Below are positions 18,077 to 28,962 of a DNA stretch of 64,000 bases, piece after piece (the stretch's first letter is position 1; every line of letters begins with the position of its first letter). This DNA comes from Candidatus Aenigmatarchaeota archaeon (GTDB lineage Archaea; Aenigmatarchaeota; Aenigmatarchaeia; QMZP01; JAFGSV01). Where the stretch lies: assembly GCA_016934325.1 (NCBI GenBank), contig JAFGSV010000028.1, positions 556 to 64,555 on the forward strand, written 5' to 3'. The notes below the pieces were generated by a model. It saw nothing but the letters and a program-made list of their open reading frames with translations, ran no database searches and was not told the DNA's origin. A program made the position numbers and the translations under genes.

Positions 18077-21000
18077 ATGGTAATCAGGCATCTCTTAATT
18101 TTAGGTCTACTACTTGCTTTTTTACCCACTGCTGCAGCTTCTGGTTATCCCAATGTTACCCTAGTTTCACCAGCAAATGGAAATGCGACCACTTTGGATA
18201 ACATAACCTTTATTTGCAATGCCTCTGACGATGAAAACGTCAACAGAATATCCTTTTACCATGATATGAATGGTACGTTTGGGTTATACGACACAAAGAG
18301 GATAATGGAGCTGGATAAGGATTCTAACACCACACTTCTATGCCGATTCGATGATTCATATATATGTGAGGGTGGTGAGGAGGGAACCAATACTTCTACA
18401 GAATTGGTGGCCAGCAAGTTCTTTAAGGGTGTTATGATAAATGATTCTGATACCCTGATATATCAGACTTCCAATAACATACTGTATAATCAGGGAACCA
18501 TAGAATTCTGGCTCAAGATTGGCCTTGATTCCTCTTATAACATTGCACGGCTTTTTTCAGCAGGCAGTGAGTTACAAATATACGCTGATGACGGTGACCT
18601 CTGTTTTAAATTTCATGATGGAAGTATTAATGAAATAACTGCATATAGCGATATTTCCACGTGGAGCGAGGGAGAATGGCACCACTTAGCTGGTATATGG
18701 GATGTATATAATTTGGTTGGCAGCGGTAAAATAATTGACCTGTTTCTTGACGGATCCAATGATTCTGTTCTATACTCAGGTGATTTCTATTCTTATGGCA
18801 CTTTCGGGGATTACATGTATGTTGGAAGCGATGAATATGGAAACGATCAAGCTAATTCCACTTTTGACGAATTCAGGATATCCGACATACCAAGAACACC
18901 AGCCGAGATAAATGCCTCTTATATGAAAGGAGCGGGCAACCACAGCAAAGAATCCGTAAACTGGACAATTACCAATATTCCTGATGGGACGTATACATGG
19001 AATTGTCTGGTTTGGGACAATGAGTCCCTGAAGTCTTGGAACAGTGAGAACTATACTTTTAGTATCGATACAACTCCTCCGACATTTAACGAGGTGAATC
19101 TCTCCCCAAGTTCAGCTGATGATATTGACCCGGGAGTAACGATAAATGTCACAGCCAATATAACAGATTTCGGCAATGTGAGTGCTGCGATATTCCAATA
19201 TAAATATGACGTTGAATGGATGAACGTGACGATGGACAGCATAAGTGATGATTCATGGAATGCGTCGTTTACCACTATATCTTCTGAAAGGGTATATTAT
19301 TACAAGATATGGTCAAATGACACCTTTGGGCACTCCAATACGTCTCAAACCTTCAGCGTGAATGTCAGCTGGGATTACTCATGGAATAGGAACCCTTCTC
19401 TTATTGATGCATATGGACTTGTGAATAGCATAAGCGACGTAGGGATAATAACCGTGAACAATACAGGAGACGACACTCTCATAATCACCCTAACGGATGA
19501 CTGGCGGCCATTGCTGAATGTTTACTATAACACCACGGAACAGTTCGCAATAGCCGGGAAGAGCGTAATAGACATCAACGTCACTGCCGAATATGCCAGT
19601 TTGGATAGCGCAAAGAACATGACAATAACGATGTCCGCTGAGCCCTCCGCCCCTGAAAAAACGGCATCTCCAACTTCATTGAATACCATAGCAACTATGA
19701 ATTCCTATAGCGGCGGGCCATATCCTCATGTGAACATTGCAATGTGTCCTGTTTCAGTGACGCAGAGCACAACAGGTGTAAACCTGAGTGCAACTGTTAA
19801 AAACATAGGCAACGAAACTGCTGAGGATGTCTGGTTCAACTGGACACTCCCTTATGGATGGGCAAACACCAGCGGAAACGTGAACGTGTACATCGGCAAT
19901 GTCACTTCCAAGTCAACAAACACAAGCGACCTGGTTGTGAAAGTAAGTTCATCCGCCCCAAGCGGGATATCGGCTGTGTGCGTAAATGCCAGTGGTAAAG
20001 GGAACCTGAGCAGTTCTGACTGTGAATTCGTACAGGTGAGTTGCTCGAATTCGGATGGTGTCTGTGGGGCGGGTTGCACCTACTTAACAGATGGCAACTG
20101 CGAAGCGCCCAGCAATGGCGGAGGTGAAACCACATACATCGGCATCGGAGCTGTCATAATCGAAGAGCCCAAATTAGAGATCTCATTGCCGGAAAGGATA
20201 GACCTCATAAAAGGCGAGTCTGGTAATCTCAGCATAGAAGTCACGAATCCCGTGGAAAGAACAAACCTTACAGGGATAACGGTGCAAATAACCGGGTACC
20301 CCGCAACCCTGGTGGAAATGATGCCGTCCGCAATCAGCAACATCTCATTCAACCAGACAAGAATCTTCAGATTGACGATCGGCGTTCCGCCCTACATCGA
20401 AGAGAAGGATTACTTCGTGAGCGTGACAGTATTGGCAACGGGAACGTACAGTGGTGGCACGAAATATCTTGAGAAATCAGGAAAAATGATTTTCGCCGTT
20501 CACGGCGTGGTTGAAAGTGCGACTATAGAGGCTATTGAGAATGCGGAGCGTTCACTGGAAAGGATGAGGGAATATAATTTCACTTATATTCGACTATTGG
20601 ATATGCTCGATGACGCAAAGCGGGCTTATGCTGGTCTGAATTTTGACTTGGCAAGAGAACTGGCTCAAAGAGTCGTGGAACTGGAAGAGACCGCTTTCAG
20701 GATTTTCTCATTGATTGGCCAGTTTGAAAAGGATACGGAAGAGGCCGAACAGTACGGGATGGATATCGAGGAAGCTAAAAGGATGCGTGAATTGGCAATA
20801 TCCGCCTTCCAGAGAGGGGACTATGAAAGGGCGGAGGACAGGATTACGGCTGCAGTAACGGCTTTCAAGCTGGAGACGAAGATGCTTCTGCCTCTGAAAA
20901 AGATGATCATGGAATACTGGCCGCACATGTTGTCTTCCATCATTCTCTTATCCATACTTGGCTTTTTTGCTAAGAGAAGGTTACAGATCAGGACTGTGGA

Positions 21001-22180
21001 GAAGAAGCTGAAAAAACTGAGAGATGCCAAACAGTCAGTAATCGAGCTTGTGAAAAGTGGGGAGGATGAGTATTTCAACAAAGGGAAAATATCAAAGCTT
21101 GATTACACGATTAACAGGGAAAATTATGAGAAGAGGCTTGCCGAGCTCGGTGCCGAAGAGCTTAAGCTTATCACTAAGGCGGCATTAGCAAGGGGGCGGG
21201 GCAGAGAGGATAGCCTGCTCAGGGAGAAGGCTATCATCGAAAAAAGGCTGAAAGATGCGCAACTGGAATATTTCGTGTTAGGGAAAAAGTGCAAAGGTGA
21301 TTTCAAGAGGACCATCAAAGAGCTGCAATCAGAGCTCGCGGAGATTGAAAAGAATCTATCTAAAATAAGGAAACCGACAAGGATTAAGGGCACGGTTGTG
21401 TTATTTTCATTGCTCGGAATCGTGTTGGTCTTGTCGAATCTGTCCATATCGCAGGCCCTTGAAAACGCCACGGCTGAAAGTGCGGGGGTATACATTGAAC
21501 AGGCTGAGGTAGTTGTTGGTGACATGAAGAACGCCGGATTGGGAACCGAAAGGGCAAACCACACGCTGGAGAACGCCAGGATTCTCCTTTCAAGAGGAGA
21601 TTATGAACTGGCATTGACCACGGCAAGGTATGTACCGGTTATTATGCAAAAGGGGCTCATAGTTGACACCATGATTGACGACACCGAATTGAAAATTCAC
21701 GAGCTTTCCTCCAGGGACTTCGATGTTTCAAAAGCCGAGGGCTTATTCCTCGAAGGTGTCAAGGAGTTCGAGCTTGAGAACTACGAAGGTGCGGAAACGC
21801 TGCTGGGCCAGGCGATGGACATGCTGGATAAAATGGAATCGGAGTATGCGCTTTCCAAGGCTGCGACATGGAACCCCTTCCCTGCCTTCGTTCAGGCGAT
21901 AAATGAAAACTGGATTTTGATATCGGTCTCTGTATTCTTACTAACATCCGTATCTTCTTTGCTTTTCCTTAAAATCGTGAAGATAAAAAAAGTCAGAAAG
22001 ATTGAAAGCCTTGAAATGGAGTTGAAGAGCTTGAGAAATTCGATAATAAAGACGCAGGAAGAGTATTTTCACAGGAAATGCCTAAGCAAGAAGGACTATG
22101 AAATTAGAATGGAAGAATATAAGAGCGGGCTTGGCAGGGTGATGGAAGCATTAGCAACTGAAAGAGGGGGGAAGGGCTGA
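18077..22180 (+). CDS. Large membrane protein: signal peptide, LamG-like, Ig/CARDB-like, helical and SHOCT-like modules
   Basis: GTIEFWLK...EWHHLAGIWD...FDEFRISDIPRT (LamG); CGAGCTYLTDGNC motif; three internal TM segments; three YF-x3-K-x-SK-x-DY-like motifs. Confidence 0.8.
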   Translation: MVIRHLLILGLLLAFLPTAAASGYPNVTLVSPANGNATTLDNITFICNASDDENVNRISFYHDMNGTFGLYDTKRIMELDKDSNTTLLCRFDDSYICEGGEEGTNTSTELVASKFFKGVMINDSDTLIYQTSNNILYNQGTIEFWLKIGLDSSYNIARLFSAGSELQIYADDGDLCFKFHDGSINEITAYSDISTWSEGEWHHLAGIWDVYNLVGSGKIIDLFLDGSNDSVLYSGDFYSYGTFGDYMYVGSDEYGNDQANSTFDEFRISDIPRTPAEINASYMKGAGNHSKESVNWTITNIPDGTYTWNCLVWDNESLKSWNSENYTFSIDTTPPTFNEVNLSPSSADDIDPGVTINVTANITDFGNVSAAIFQYKYDVEWMNVTMDSISDDSWNASFTTISSERVYYYKIWSNDTFGHSNTSQTFSVNVSWDYSWNRNPSLIDAYGLVNSISDVGIITVNNTGDDTLIITLTDDWRPLLNVYYNTTEQFAIAGKSVIDINVTAEYASLDSAKNMTITMSAEPSAPEKTASPTSLNTIATMNSYSGGPYPHVNIAMCPVSVTQSTTGVNLSATVKNIGNETAEDVWFNWTLPYGWANTSGNVNVYIGNVTSKSTNTSDLVVKVSSSAPSGISAVCVNASGKGNLSSSDCEFVQVSCSNSDGVCGAGCTYLTDGNCEAPSNGGGETTYIGIGAVIIEEPKLEISLPERIDLIKGESGNLSIEVTNPVERTNLTGITVQITGYPATLVEMMPSAISNISFNQTRIFRLTIGVPPYIEEKDYFVSVTVLATGTYSGGTKYLEKSGKMIFAVHGVVESATIEAIENAERSLERMREYNFTYIRLLDMLDDAKRAYAGLNFDLARELAQRVVELEETAFRIFSLIGQFEKDTEEAEQYGMDIEEAKRMRELAISAFQRGDYERAEDRITAAVTAFKLETKMLLPLKKMIMEYWPHMLSSIILLSILGFFAKRRLQIRTVEKKLKKLRDAKQSVIELVKSGEDEYFNKGKISKLDYTINRENYEKRLAELGAEELKLITKAALARGRGREDSLLREKAIIEKRLKDAQLEYFVLGKKCKGDFKRTIKELQSELAEIEKNLSKIRKPTRIKGTVVLFSLLGIVLVLSNLSISQALENATAESAGVYIEQAEVVVGDMKNAGLGTERANHTLENARILLSRGDYELALTTARYVPVIMQKGLIVDTMIDDTELKIHELSSRDFDVSKAEGLFLEGVKEFELENYEGAETLLGQAMDMLDKMESEYALSKAATWNPFPAFVQAINENWILISVSVFLLTSVSSLLFLKIVKIKKVRKIESLEMELKSLRNSIIKTQEEYFHRKCLSKKDYEIRMEEYKSGLGRVMEALATERGGKG

Positions 22181-22225
22181 GGTACATGTCGGAGTGCAGC
22201 ATGTGTAAGAATCGGTATTTAATGC

Positions 22226-22792
22226 ATGGAGATGATTATTAATATGCAGCAATTTGCCGGCCTAAAAAAGGTCATTGAAAAGGAGTTGGTCAATAATAAA
22301 ATACTGCTGGTTTCTTTCAAGAGCAAAGACTATAGGGAGGGGTTGAAAAATCTCTTGGAATTCTCATTGAACAAGTACAAAAAGAGCTGCTATGTTACGC
22401 TGAACGACCCCCATGAGAGCATTGTGAGGAAATTGAATGAGCGGCAATTATCGAAAATGTTCTTCATAGACTGTGTCACATGTTCCATTAAGACACCGAA
22501 GCAAGAGGAAAACGTGGTTTTTGTTTCTTCTCCGAGGGCACTGACTGAAATATCCATTGCCATCAAGAAAGCCATTGATATGGGTGGGATGGAATCTTTG
22601 ATACTGGATTCCATATCCGCGATGCTGGTGTATGAGCAATCCCTGAATGTCATGAAATTCGTTCATAAGCAGGTTCTTGCATTAAGGGAGGCTAATCTGA
22701 TTTGCTACTTGATAATCATGCGGGAAGATGTGAGCGAGGAGCTTATGAAAGACCTTGCGATGTTCGTTGACAAGATTGTAGAGGCGGATTGA
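22226..22792 (+). CDS. Inactive KaiC/RecA-like domain protein (no Walker A)
   Basis: CYVTLNDP, FFIDCVT, LILDSISAML, FVDKIVE; no GxxxxGKT. Confidence 0.7.
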   Translation: MEMIINMQQFAGLKKVIEKELVNNKILLVSFKSKDYREGLKNLLEFSLNKYKKSCYVTLNDPHESIVRKLNERQLSKMFFIDCVTCSIKTPKQEENVVFVSSPRALTEISIAIKKAIDMGGMESLILDSISAMLVYEQSLNVMKFVHKQVLALREANLICYLIIMREDVSEELMKDLAMFVDKIVEAD

Positions 22793-22954
22793 TGTATCAA
22801 TTTCATGTTGGGAGGAATGTGGGGAAGATTTCGATGCACAATAATCACAATGGCTTGCATGATTATAATAGCATTGAAGTCGTGTATCTTTTATGATCAC
22901 TGAAAGAACCGCCTTCGGATGGAATTATATCGAAGATGTCTCAGGTTGAAAAAA

Positions 22955-25162
22955 ATGAAGATATACCTGAAATTGATATTAGGCTTCATATCGGTCCTAC
23001 TGCTATTGGCCACATTGGCCATGTATTCTATTTCTGTCATGAGGGAGAACACTGTTCAGGCCCTTGGAACCGACTCCGCCTTCTCTGTTAAGGAAACTTT
23101 GAACATTATCAACGATAGAATCTTTGAAAACATTGATATCTCGGAGCTGAAAGCGCAGGAAAGCCTTATCCGCCACGCCCTTGAACAATCGAATAGCGAT
23201 TTCGATGAGTTGGATGATATTGATGCATATATCGATGAGATCGACAGCGAATGGGTTCTGACACCAGAAGGCGAAGAGACTGCGTTCATGAAGCGATTGA
23301 TCGAAAACAACATTTCTGATAACCTGAGAGATCAATTCGCGGATTTCTGGAACAAGAAACGCAACTATACGGTCTTCGAGGAGGTCTTCATCACGAACAA
23401 ATATGGGGCGAATGTAGCTCAGACTCAAAGGACCACCGATTATTACCAAGCGGATGAAGAATGGTGGGAAAAAGCCAAAGAGGACGGCATCTATATCAGC
23501 AGTGCCGAATTCGGCGAAAGCGTGGGGAAATATTCCATAAGCATAGGAATGAGGATTGATGATGAGAAGGGGGAATTCATAGGCGTGATGAAGGCGGTCA
23601 TCAACGTCGTGGAAATAATGAAGGAGGCCGAGATTGCGACCGGGCAATATCAGACTTCAATATTCTATGTGACCACAAAAGACGGCAGTCTGGTGTTCTC
23701 ATCAAAGAGCTTCAAACCCAACGATGATTTGTCCCAGGAAGGTTATTTTAAAAGAGTCCAAAGCGACAACGGGTTCTTCATCGACAGCATAGACGGCAAT
23801 GAGGAACTGGTGACATATGCCCATTCAGAGGACTTCAGGGGGCATGAGGAGTTGGATTTCGTGCTCATCGTCAGTTACGATACCGATGAGGTGCTTAGGC
23901 CGGTCTATATTATGAGAAATAACCTCATCATGATATCAATAGCTTTGATAATATCGGGTATCCTGGTTGCTCTCTTCATCTCCCGTTCAATATCGATGCC
24001 CATATCCCATTTGAGAAACGTCGTCACGGAGATTGGAAAGGGAAGACTTAATACAAGAATCATAGTGGAATCGAATGATGAGATAGGTGATCTCGCAACG
24101 GCCTTTAGAACGATGACCGAGGACCTGAAAAAATCACGCGACGAGATTAAAAGGCACACGAAGGAACTGGAGAACAAAGTTGACGCAAGAACGAAGGGAC
24201 TTGGCACGAAGGTCGAGGAGCTGACAGCGACCAAGACCGCTGTCCTGAACATGATGGAGGATATGGACGAGGCTAATAAACAGCTCGTAAAAACCCAGCA
24301 TGAACTGAAGGATAGCTTAAATGAGTTGAAGGAAATGGATGTGAAGAAGGATCAGTTTATTTCAATCGCAGCGCACGAACTCAAGACACCGCTGACATCC
24401 ATCCATGGATTCTCGCAGCTGCTCCAAGACAAGAAAGTTGCAGACAACATTGCCGAGAGAGCAAAATACCTGCGCATTATGGATCACGAAACCAGAAGGC
24501 TGGCAAAACTTGTGAATGACATACTTGACCTGTCGAGGATAGATCTCGGAACCGTTAAGCTCAATTCAGAGCCTGTTGATGTGAAAGAACTGCTGCAGGG
24601 GGATATAAAAGGGGAGATGAAAATGCAGATTGAGAAGAAGGGGCTTAAATCTGAATTTATTGCCGAACCGGGATTGACAACCATCGTAACTGACAAGGAA
24701 AAGCTGACAGAAATTCTAATCAACCTCATTACCAATGCCATGAAGTACACCAACAAGGGAAAAATAACGGTGAATGTTTTCAAGAAAGATAAAGATGTGC
24801 ATTTTGTGGTTAAGGACACGGGAATTGGGATATCGAAAGAGAATTTGGAAAAGGTATTCGAAAGGTTCTATCAGGTGGATTCTTCTTACACAAGAGAATA
24901 TCGTGGGGTTGGCCTTGGTCTGGCTCTCTGCAAAGAGTTCGTGGCGTTGCTTGGAGGTAAAATCTGGGTCAAGAGCGAACTCGGCAAGGGTAGTGAATTC
25001 CATTTTTCACTGCCCATTAAAGGTGCCCCAGCCCAGGATATTAGGAAGGAGGAATTGGGAGCGGAAGTGAATCTTGAATCTCAAAAAGCGAAGAAAATGA
25101 CAGAAAGCGCGGAAATGCTGAGAGGAAATAGAATCGTCCGATCTACCCAACAATCTTCTTAA
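22955..25162 (+). CDS. Membrane sensor histidine kinase (Cache-like - HAMP - HisKA - HATPase_c)
   Basis: Two TMs around a DYYQADEEWW Cache-like domain; SNDEIGDLA HAMP; AAHELKTPL H-box; NLITNAMKYT, VKDTGIGI and GVGLGLAL boxes. Confidence 0.95.
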   Translation: MKIYLKLILGFISVLLLLATLAMYSISVMRENTVQALGTDSAFSVKETLNIINDRIFENIDISELKAQESLIRHALEQSNSDFDELDDIDAYIDEIDSEWVLTPEGEETAFMKRLIENNISDNLRDQFADFWNKKRNYTVFEEVFITNKYGANVAQTQRTTDYYQADEEWWEKAKEDGIYISSAEFGESVGKYSISIGMRIDDEKGEFIGVMKAVINVVEIMKEAEIATGQYQTSIFYVTTKDGSLVFSSKSFKPNDDLSQEGYFKRVQSDNGFFIDSIDGNEELVTYAHSEDFRGHEELDFVLIVSYDTDEVLRPVYIMRNNLIMISIALIISGILVALFISRSISMPISHLRNVVTEIGKGRLNTRIIVESNDEIGDLATAFRTMTEDLKKSRDEIKRHTKELENKVDARTKGLGTKVEELTATKTAVLNMMEDMDEANKQLVKTQHELKDSLNELKEMDVKKDQFISIAAHELKTPLTSIHGFSQLLQDKKVADNIAERAKYLRIMDHETRRLAKLVNDILDLSRIDLGTVKLNSEPVDVKELLQGDIKGEMKMQIEKKGLKSEFIAEPGLTTIVTDKEKLTEILINLITNAMKYTNKGKITVNVFKKDKDVHFVVKDTGIGISKENLEKVFERFYQVDSSYTREYRGVGLGLALCKEFVALLGGKIWVKSELGKGSEFHFSLPIKGAPAQDIRKEELGAEVNLESQKAKKMTESAEMLRGNRIVRSTQQSS

Positions 25163-25511
25163 CCCTCTTCACGAGGTCTTGGTTTTCGAATGGTTTTGTG
25201 ATGTAATCCAGGACGTTCATCTTTTCCAGGACGCCTTTTCCGGCCTCTGAAAATTTCGCCACTGTGAGGAATGCGACTTTCAAGTCCTTTGTAGCAGGAT
25301 TTTGCCTGATGCTTTCGCATACTTCCCTTCCGCTCATCCCAGGCATCATCATGTCAAGCAGGATGAGGTCGGGTTTCACCGTTTTCAGTTTCTTCAGGCA
25401 CTCCTCTCCGCTTATAGATGTAATCACTTCGTACTTTTCGTGTTCAAGGATGGCCCTAACAAGCTCAATCAAGCTTTCCTCATCATCCACAACCATAATT
25501 TTTTTGGCCAT
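25143..25511 (-). CDS. Stand-alone response regulator receiver (REC)
   Basis: IMVVDDE, LILLDMMMPGMSG, YITKPF. Confidence 0.95.
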   Translation of the reverse strand: MAKKIMVVDDEESLIELVRAILEHEKYEVITSISGEECLKKLKTVKPDLILLDMMMPGMSGREVCESIRQNPATKDLKVAFLTVAKFSEAGKGVLEKMNVLDYITKPFENQDLVKRVKKIVG

Positions 25512-25564
25512 ATTATATCAATGCGATTCAAACATTAAATATATATCTATTATAACTCAACGGC

Positions 25565-26146
25565 CTAATACTCGATGGACTTATTGTTCGCAGCGCTGTT
25601 CAAATCAATTGCCATATCAGCAAACATGACGAGGTCCTTTACTAGCTTTTCGTTTTCCTCGACCGGTATGATGCCGTGTTTCAAGACTAAATACAGGATT
25701 TTATTTTCTTGCCTTTCTCCCGACAGCAAATCATGGGTGAACCGCACTATTTTCGATGTTCCCTGATACTCCAGCATCGCGGTTATGGAGTCAAAAACGA
25801 CCACTCTGCATTTTTTATCCCTTATCGCCTTTGATATCTCAGATCTTATCACCGGCAGGTTTGCCGGTGAATTGATAAAAGTGCAATTTTCGTTTGATTG
25901 CATTTCTATGTAATGTGAACTCAAAACATCGAGGAAATGGAATCTTGACAAGTCGATATCCCTATTCTTCATATCGCTATATATGTCCTCATAGGGTCTG
26001 CTCAAGCATATGTAACATATGTTATTGGTTTTATCAATAGATTTTACGATCTCCTCAACCCTATCCATGCATACTTCTTCCTCGAGCAGCAGTAGCAGGA
26101 ACTGGCTATTCTCTATAACCTTAGGCAAATCTGCGGCCCGAAACAT
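25565..26146 (-). CDS. Inactive KaiC/RecA-like domain protein (paralog of 22226-22792)
   Basis: CYICLSRPY, FHFLDVLS, VVFDSITAML, FADMAID; no Walker A. Confidence 0.7.
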   Translation of the reverse strand: MFRAADLPKVIENSQFLLLLLEEEVCMDRVEEIVKSIDKTNNICYICLSRPYEDIYSDMKNRDIDLSRFHFLDVLSSHYIEMQSNENCTFINSPANLPVIRSEISKAIRDKKCRVVVFDSITAMLEYQGTSKIVRFTHDLLSGERQENKILYLVLKHGIIPVEENEKLVKDLVMFADMAIDLNSAANNKSIEY

Positions 26147-26230
26147 AGCTTATATAAGGCCAAGGGGATATAAATTATTTGTTTATACATAAGTATAAAA
26201 TATATAACTATTTATAACGAATATTAAAAC

Positions 26231-27370
26231 ATGGTGCGATTCTGCGACATTAAGATTCACGACACAACCCTAAGAGACGGCGAACAGATGCCCGGCGTTG
26301 TTTTCTCACCCAAACAAAAAATCGAATTGGCCACGTTGTTATCTGATTTTGGTGTAAGCTATATAGAGCTGATGCCAGCTGTGTTCTCGGAAGAGATGAT
26401 GGTGGCAAAGACGCTTGTCGGAATGGGCCTTGCTTCAAAATTGACCGCATCGACAATGCTGAATAAAGACTCGGTGGATCTGGCTCTGGAATGCGGACTT
26501 GAGTGCATCACTCTTTTCACCCCTCTTTCCGATATCCAACTCGATACCGTTGGAATAGGGAGGAGTGAAAATCTCAGAAAGAGTCTGGAGCTGGTTGATT
26601 ATGCATTGTCTCATGGATTGAGGGTGGGATTCGCTGGTGTCGATGTGACCAGGGCCGACATGGAATATGTGTTAAGCTTCATGAACGCATTGCCTCGAAG
26701 GATGGAATACTTCATGGTCTGCGATACTTTGGGATGCATGACCCCGATGAAGGCATACGCCTTTTTCAATGAAATCTGCTCAAAAACTCACCTTCCTGTT
26801 TGTCTGCATGAACATAACGACTTCGGTTTGGCCACCGCAAATACCCTCATGGGGATTTCTGCCGGGGCGGAAATGTTCTCGGGAACCTTTACAGGGATTG
26901 GGGAAAGGGCGGGCAATGCCCCGATAGAAGAGGTCGTCTCTTCGCTGAAGTTCCTTTATGATGTTGACCTGCCAGTCAAATATGAAAGAATGACCGAGAT
27001 ATGCAACATGGTAGAAAAACATTCGGAAGTAAGGCTCCAGGATCATAAACCGATAGTAGGGAGGAACGCCTTTAGGCACGAGTCCGGAATTCATGTGGAC
27101 GCCCTGTTGAAGGACGCAGATAGCTATGAGATCTTCAATCCGGTTCTTGTTGGACAAAAGAGGACCTTGGCAGTTGGTAAACACTCGGGTGGATGCATAG
27201 TAGACTTTCTGGCGGGCAAGAAATACAAAGCCAAGGATAGATATGAGATACTCAAGGAAATTAAAAGCGAATCGCAGCGGATAGGCAGGTCGCTCACGAG
27301 AGCTGAGGCCATGAAGATTCTGAGATTTACTGAATCGCAGCATAAGAAAATGGGAGACCTTTATGCATAG
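26231..27370 (+). CDS. DRE-TIM acetyl-CoA condensing enzyme, homocitrate synthase/AksA/LeuA-like (short form)
   Basis: DTTLRDGEQ, HEHNDFGLATAN, GIGERAGNA, AFRHESGIH, GKHSG; no LeuA regulatory domain. Confidence 0.9.
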   Translation: MVRFCDIKIHDTTLRDGEQMPGVVFSPKQKIELATLLSDFGVSYIELMPAVFSEEMMVAKTLVGMGLASKLTASTMLNKDSVDLALECGLECITLFTPLSDIQLDTVGIGRSENLRKSLELVDYALSHGLRVGFAGVDVTRADMEYVLSFMNALPRRMEYFMVCDTLGCMTPMKAYAFFNEICSKTHLPVCLHEHNDFGLATANTLMGISAGAEMFSGTFTGIGERAGNAPIEEVVSSLKFLYDVDLPVKYERMTEICNMVEKHSEVRLQDHKPIVGRNAFRHESGIHVDALLKDADSYEIFNPVLVGQKRTLAVGKHSGGCIVDFLAGKKYKAKDRYEILKEIKSESQRIGRSLTRAEAMKILRFTESQHKKMGDLYA

Positions 27371-28178
27371 GAAAATTCTTTACATAATTTACAAAAGGTT
27401 AAGGCCCGCGTTTGGCTTGGCTTTTGGGTTTACACTCATCTACGGATTGTATATCAATAAAATCACGCCCCCCCTTCTATTGGCCGGTCTGGCTTTCATA
27501 TTCATCGAGACCTTCGGTGGTCTTTACAACGACTACTGGGATTATGAGGAAGATTTGAGAAACAGGCGAAAAGACAAACTTACCACAATGGGTATTCTCA
27601 GTAGGGTGCAGGTCAGAAATCTCTCATTCCTATTTCTTGGCATTGGTTTGTCCATCGTGCTCATATTAAATGCAGCACTATTTGTGTTGGGACTTTACTG
27701 GGTAACTATTTTTGTGTTATATTGTATCCCCCAAGTGAGACTGAAAGGTCATATAAGGAGCTATCTTTTGGCATCTTCAATATTTTTCTTTTTCCCCTTT
27801 GCCCTGGACGTGACGTTAGGAGTTGGTTTTTCCTTTACCACTTTGATATTTGGCTTGCTCTTTTTCTCCCAATTCATGTATATTCTTTGCCAGAAAGACT
27901 CGACAGACCCCGAAGACGAAAAAAACATTTTCTTGAGACATGGCTGGATAAAGCCGAGTATCATAATGGCCTTTTTTGCATCTTCAGCATTATTCTTTCT
28001 CTTAATGGTGTGCCTTATCAATCCCGTTCTCATTATTGTATGGATTTTCAATCTTTCATTAAAAATGCTTAACGTGAAGAAGATTATCACGAGGAGTATC
28101 ACAAGGAGAGCCAGATATAGACTCATGCTCTTGGAGTTCTTAACACCATACCTTTATATAGGTGGTTTCTTCTTATGA
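27363..28178 (+). CDS. UbiA-family prenyltransferase (divergent)
   Basis: NDYWDYEEDLRN first Asp-rich motif; atypical second motif KDSTDPED; multi-TM. Confidence 0.75.
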   Translation: MHRKILYIIYKRLRPAFGLAFGFTLIYGLYINKITPPLLLAGLAFIFIETFGGLYNDYWDYEEDLRNRRKDKLTTMGILSRVQVRNLSFLFLGIGLSIVLILNAALFVLGLYWVTIFVLYCIPQVRLKGHIRSYLLASSIFFFFPFALDVTLGVGFSFTTLIFGLLFFSQFMYILCQKDSTDPEDEKNIFLRHGWIKPSIIMAFFASSALFFLLMVCLINPVLIIVWIFNLSLKMLNVKKIITRSITRRARYRLMLLEFLTPYLYIGGFFL

Positions 28179-28951
28179 TAGGTACATTTTCGTCTGTTTC
28201 TGACTTCTTGAGGCTTAGAATAACGTTGACCATAAGTTTAATATCGTTGTCCGGGTGTTTCATTTTTAACAAACCCTCTTTTAATTCGGTATTTGTTTTT
28301 TTGACTTCATTCCTTGTCTTCGCAGGAGGTTATGCCTACAACAACACAAGAGATGTGGAAGAAGATTTAATAAATAGGAAAAATATAAGCCCACTGGCCC
28401 CGAAAAGAAAGGGACTCGTTATAGTCACGGTATCATTGATTTCCGGCATATTCTTTTCTCTGTTTCTCTCTACATATTCCATTGTATTAATCGCAACGAG
28501 CATCTTGACGCTTGTCGTTTACTCCTTTCTGAAACTGAAGAAATATCTGCTGCTGAAGAATGTATACACGGCTTTTTGTATTGCGTTGAGTTTCTTGATA
28601 GGAGCAGCATCCTCTGGCCTTTTCACGCTAGAGATAACGATATATTATTGTTTGGTTGTTTTCTTTCTTTTCATAGGTAGTCTTATATCGGACATGAGAG
28701 ATTACGAAGGGGATAAAAAGGCTGGTATAAGGACTCTTCCTGTTCATCTTGGTTACGAAAGAACAAGAAACATGGTATGCGCTTTGCTCGTTGTCGGAAT
28801 CCCCTTGGTCTTGATCTTTTCGAAGTTCATGGTCTTTATACCCGTCATATTAATGACGGTTCTTGCTGTATTAAAAAACAGACCAGGGCTTGCTCATGCG
28901 CTAGGTGGGCTTTCCTTTGTATTATTGATGCTAATAGCACTTATTTTTTGA
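28175..28951 (+). CDS. UbiA-family prenyltransferase
   Basis: NNTRDVEEDLIN and DMRDYEGDKKAGIRTLPV motifs; multi-TM. Confidence 0.85.
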   Translation: MIGTFSSVSDFLRLRITLTISLISLSGCFIFNKPSFNSVFVFLTSFLVFAGGYAYNNTRDVEEDLINRKNISPLAPKRKGLVIVTVSLISGIFFSLFLSTYSIVLIATSILTLVVYSFLKLKKYLLLKNVYTAFCIALSFLIGAASSGLFTLEITIYYCLVVFFLFIGSLISDMRDYEGDKKAGIRTLPVHLGYERTRNMVCALLVVGIPLVLIFSKFMVFIPVILMTVLAVLKNRPGLAHALGGLSFVLLMLIALIF

Positions 28952-28962
28952 TGATGTGGGAG

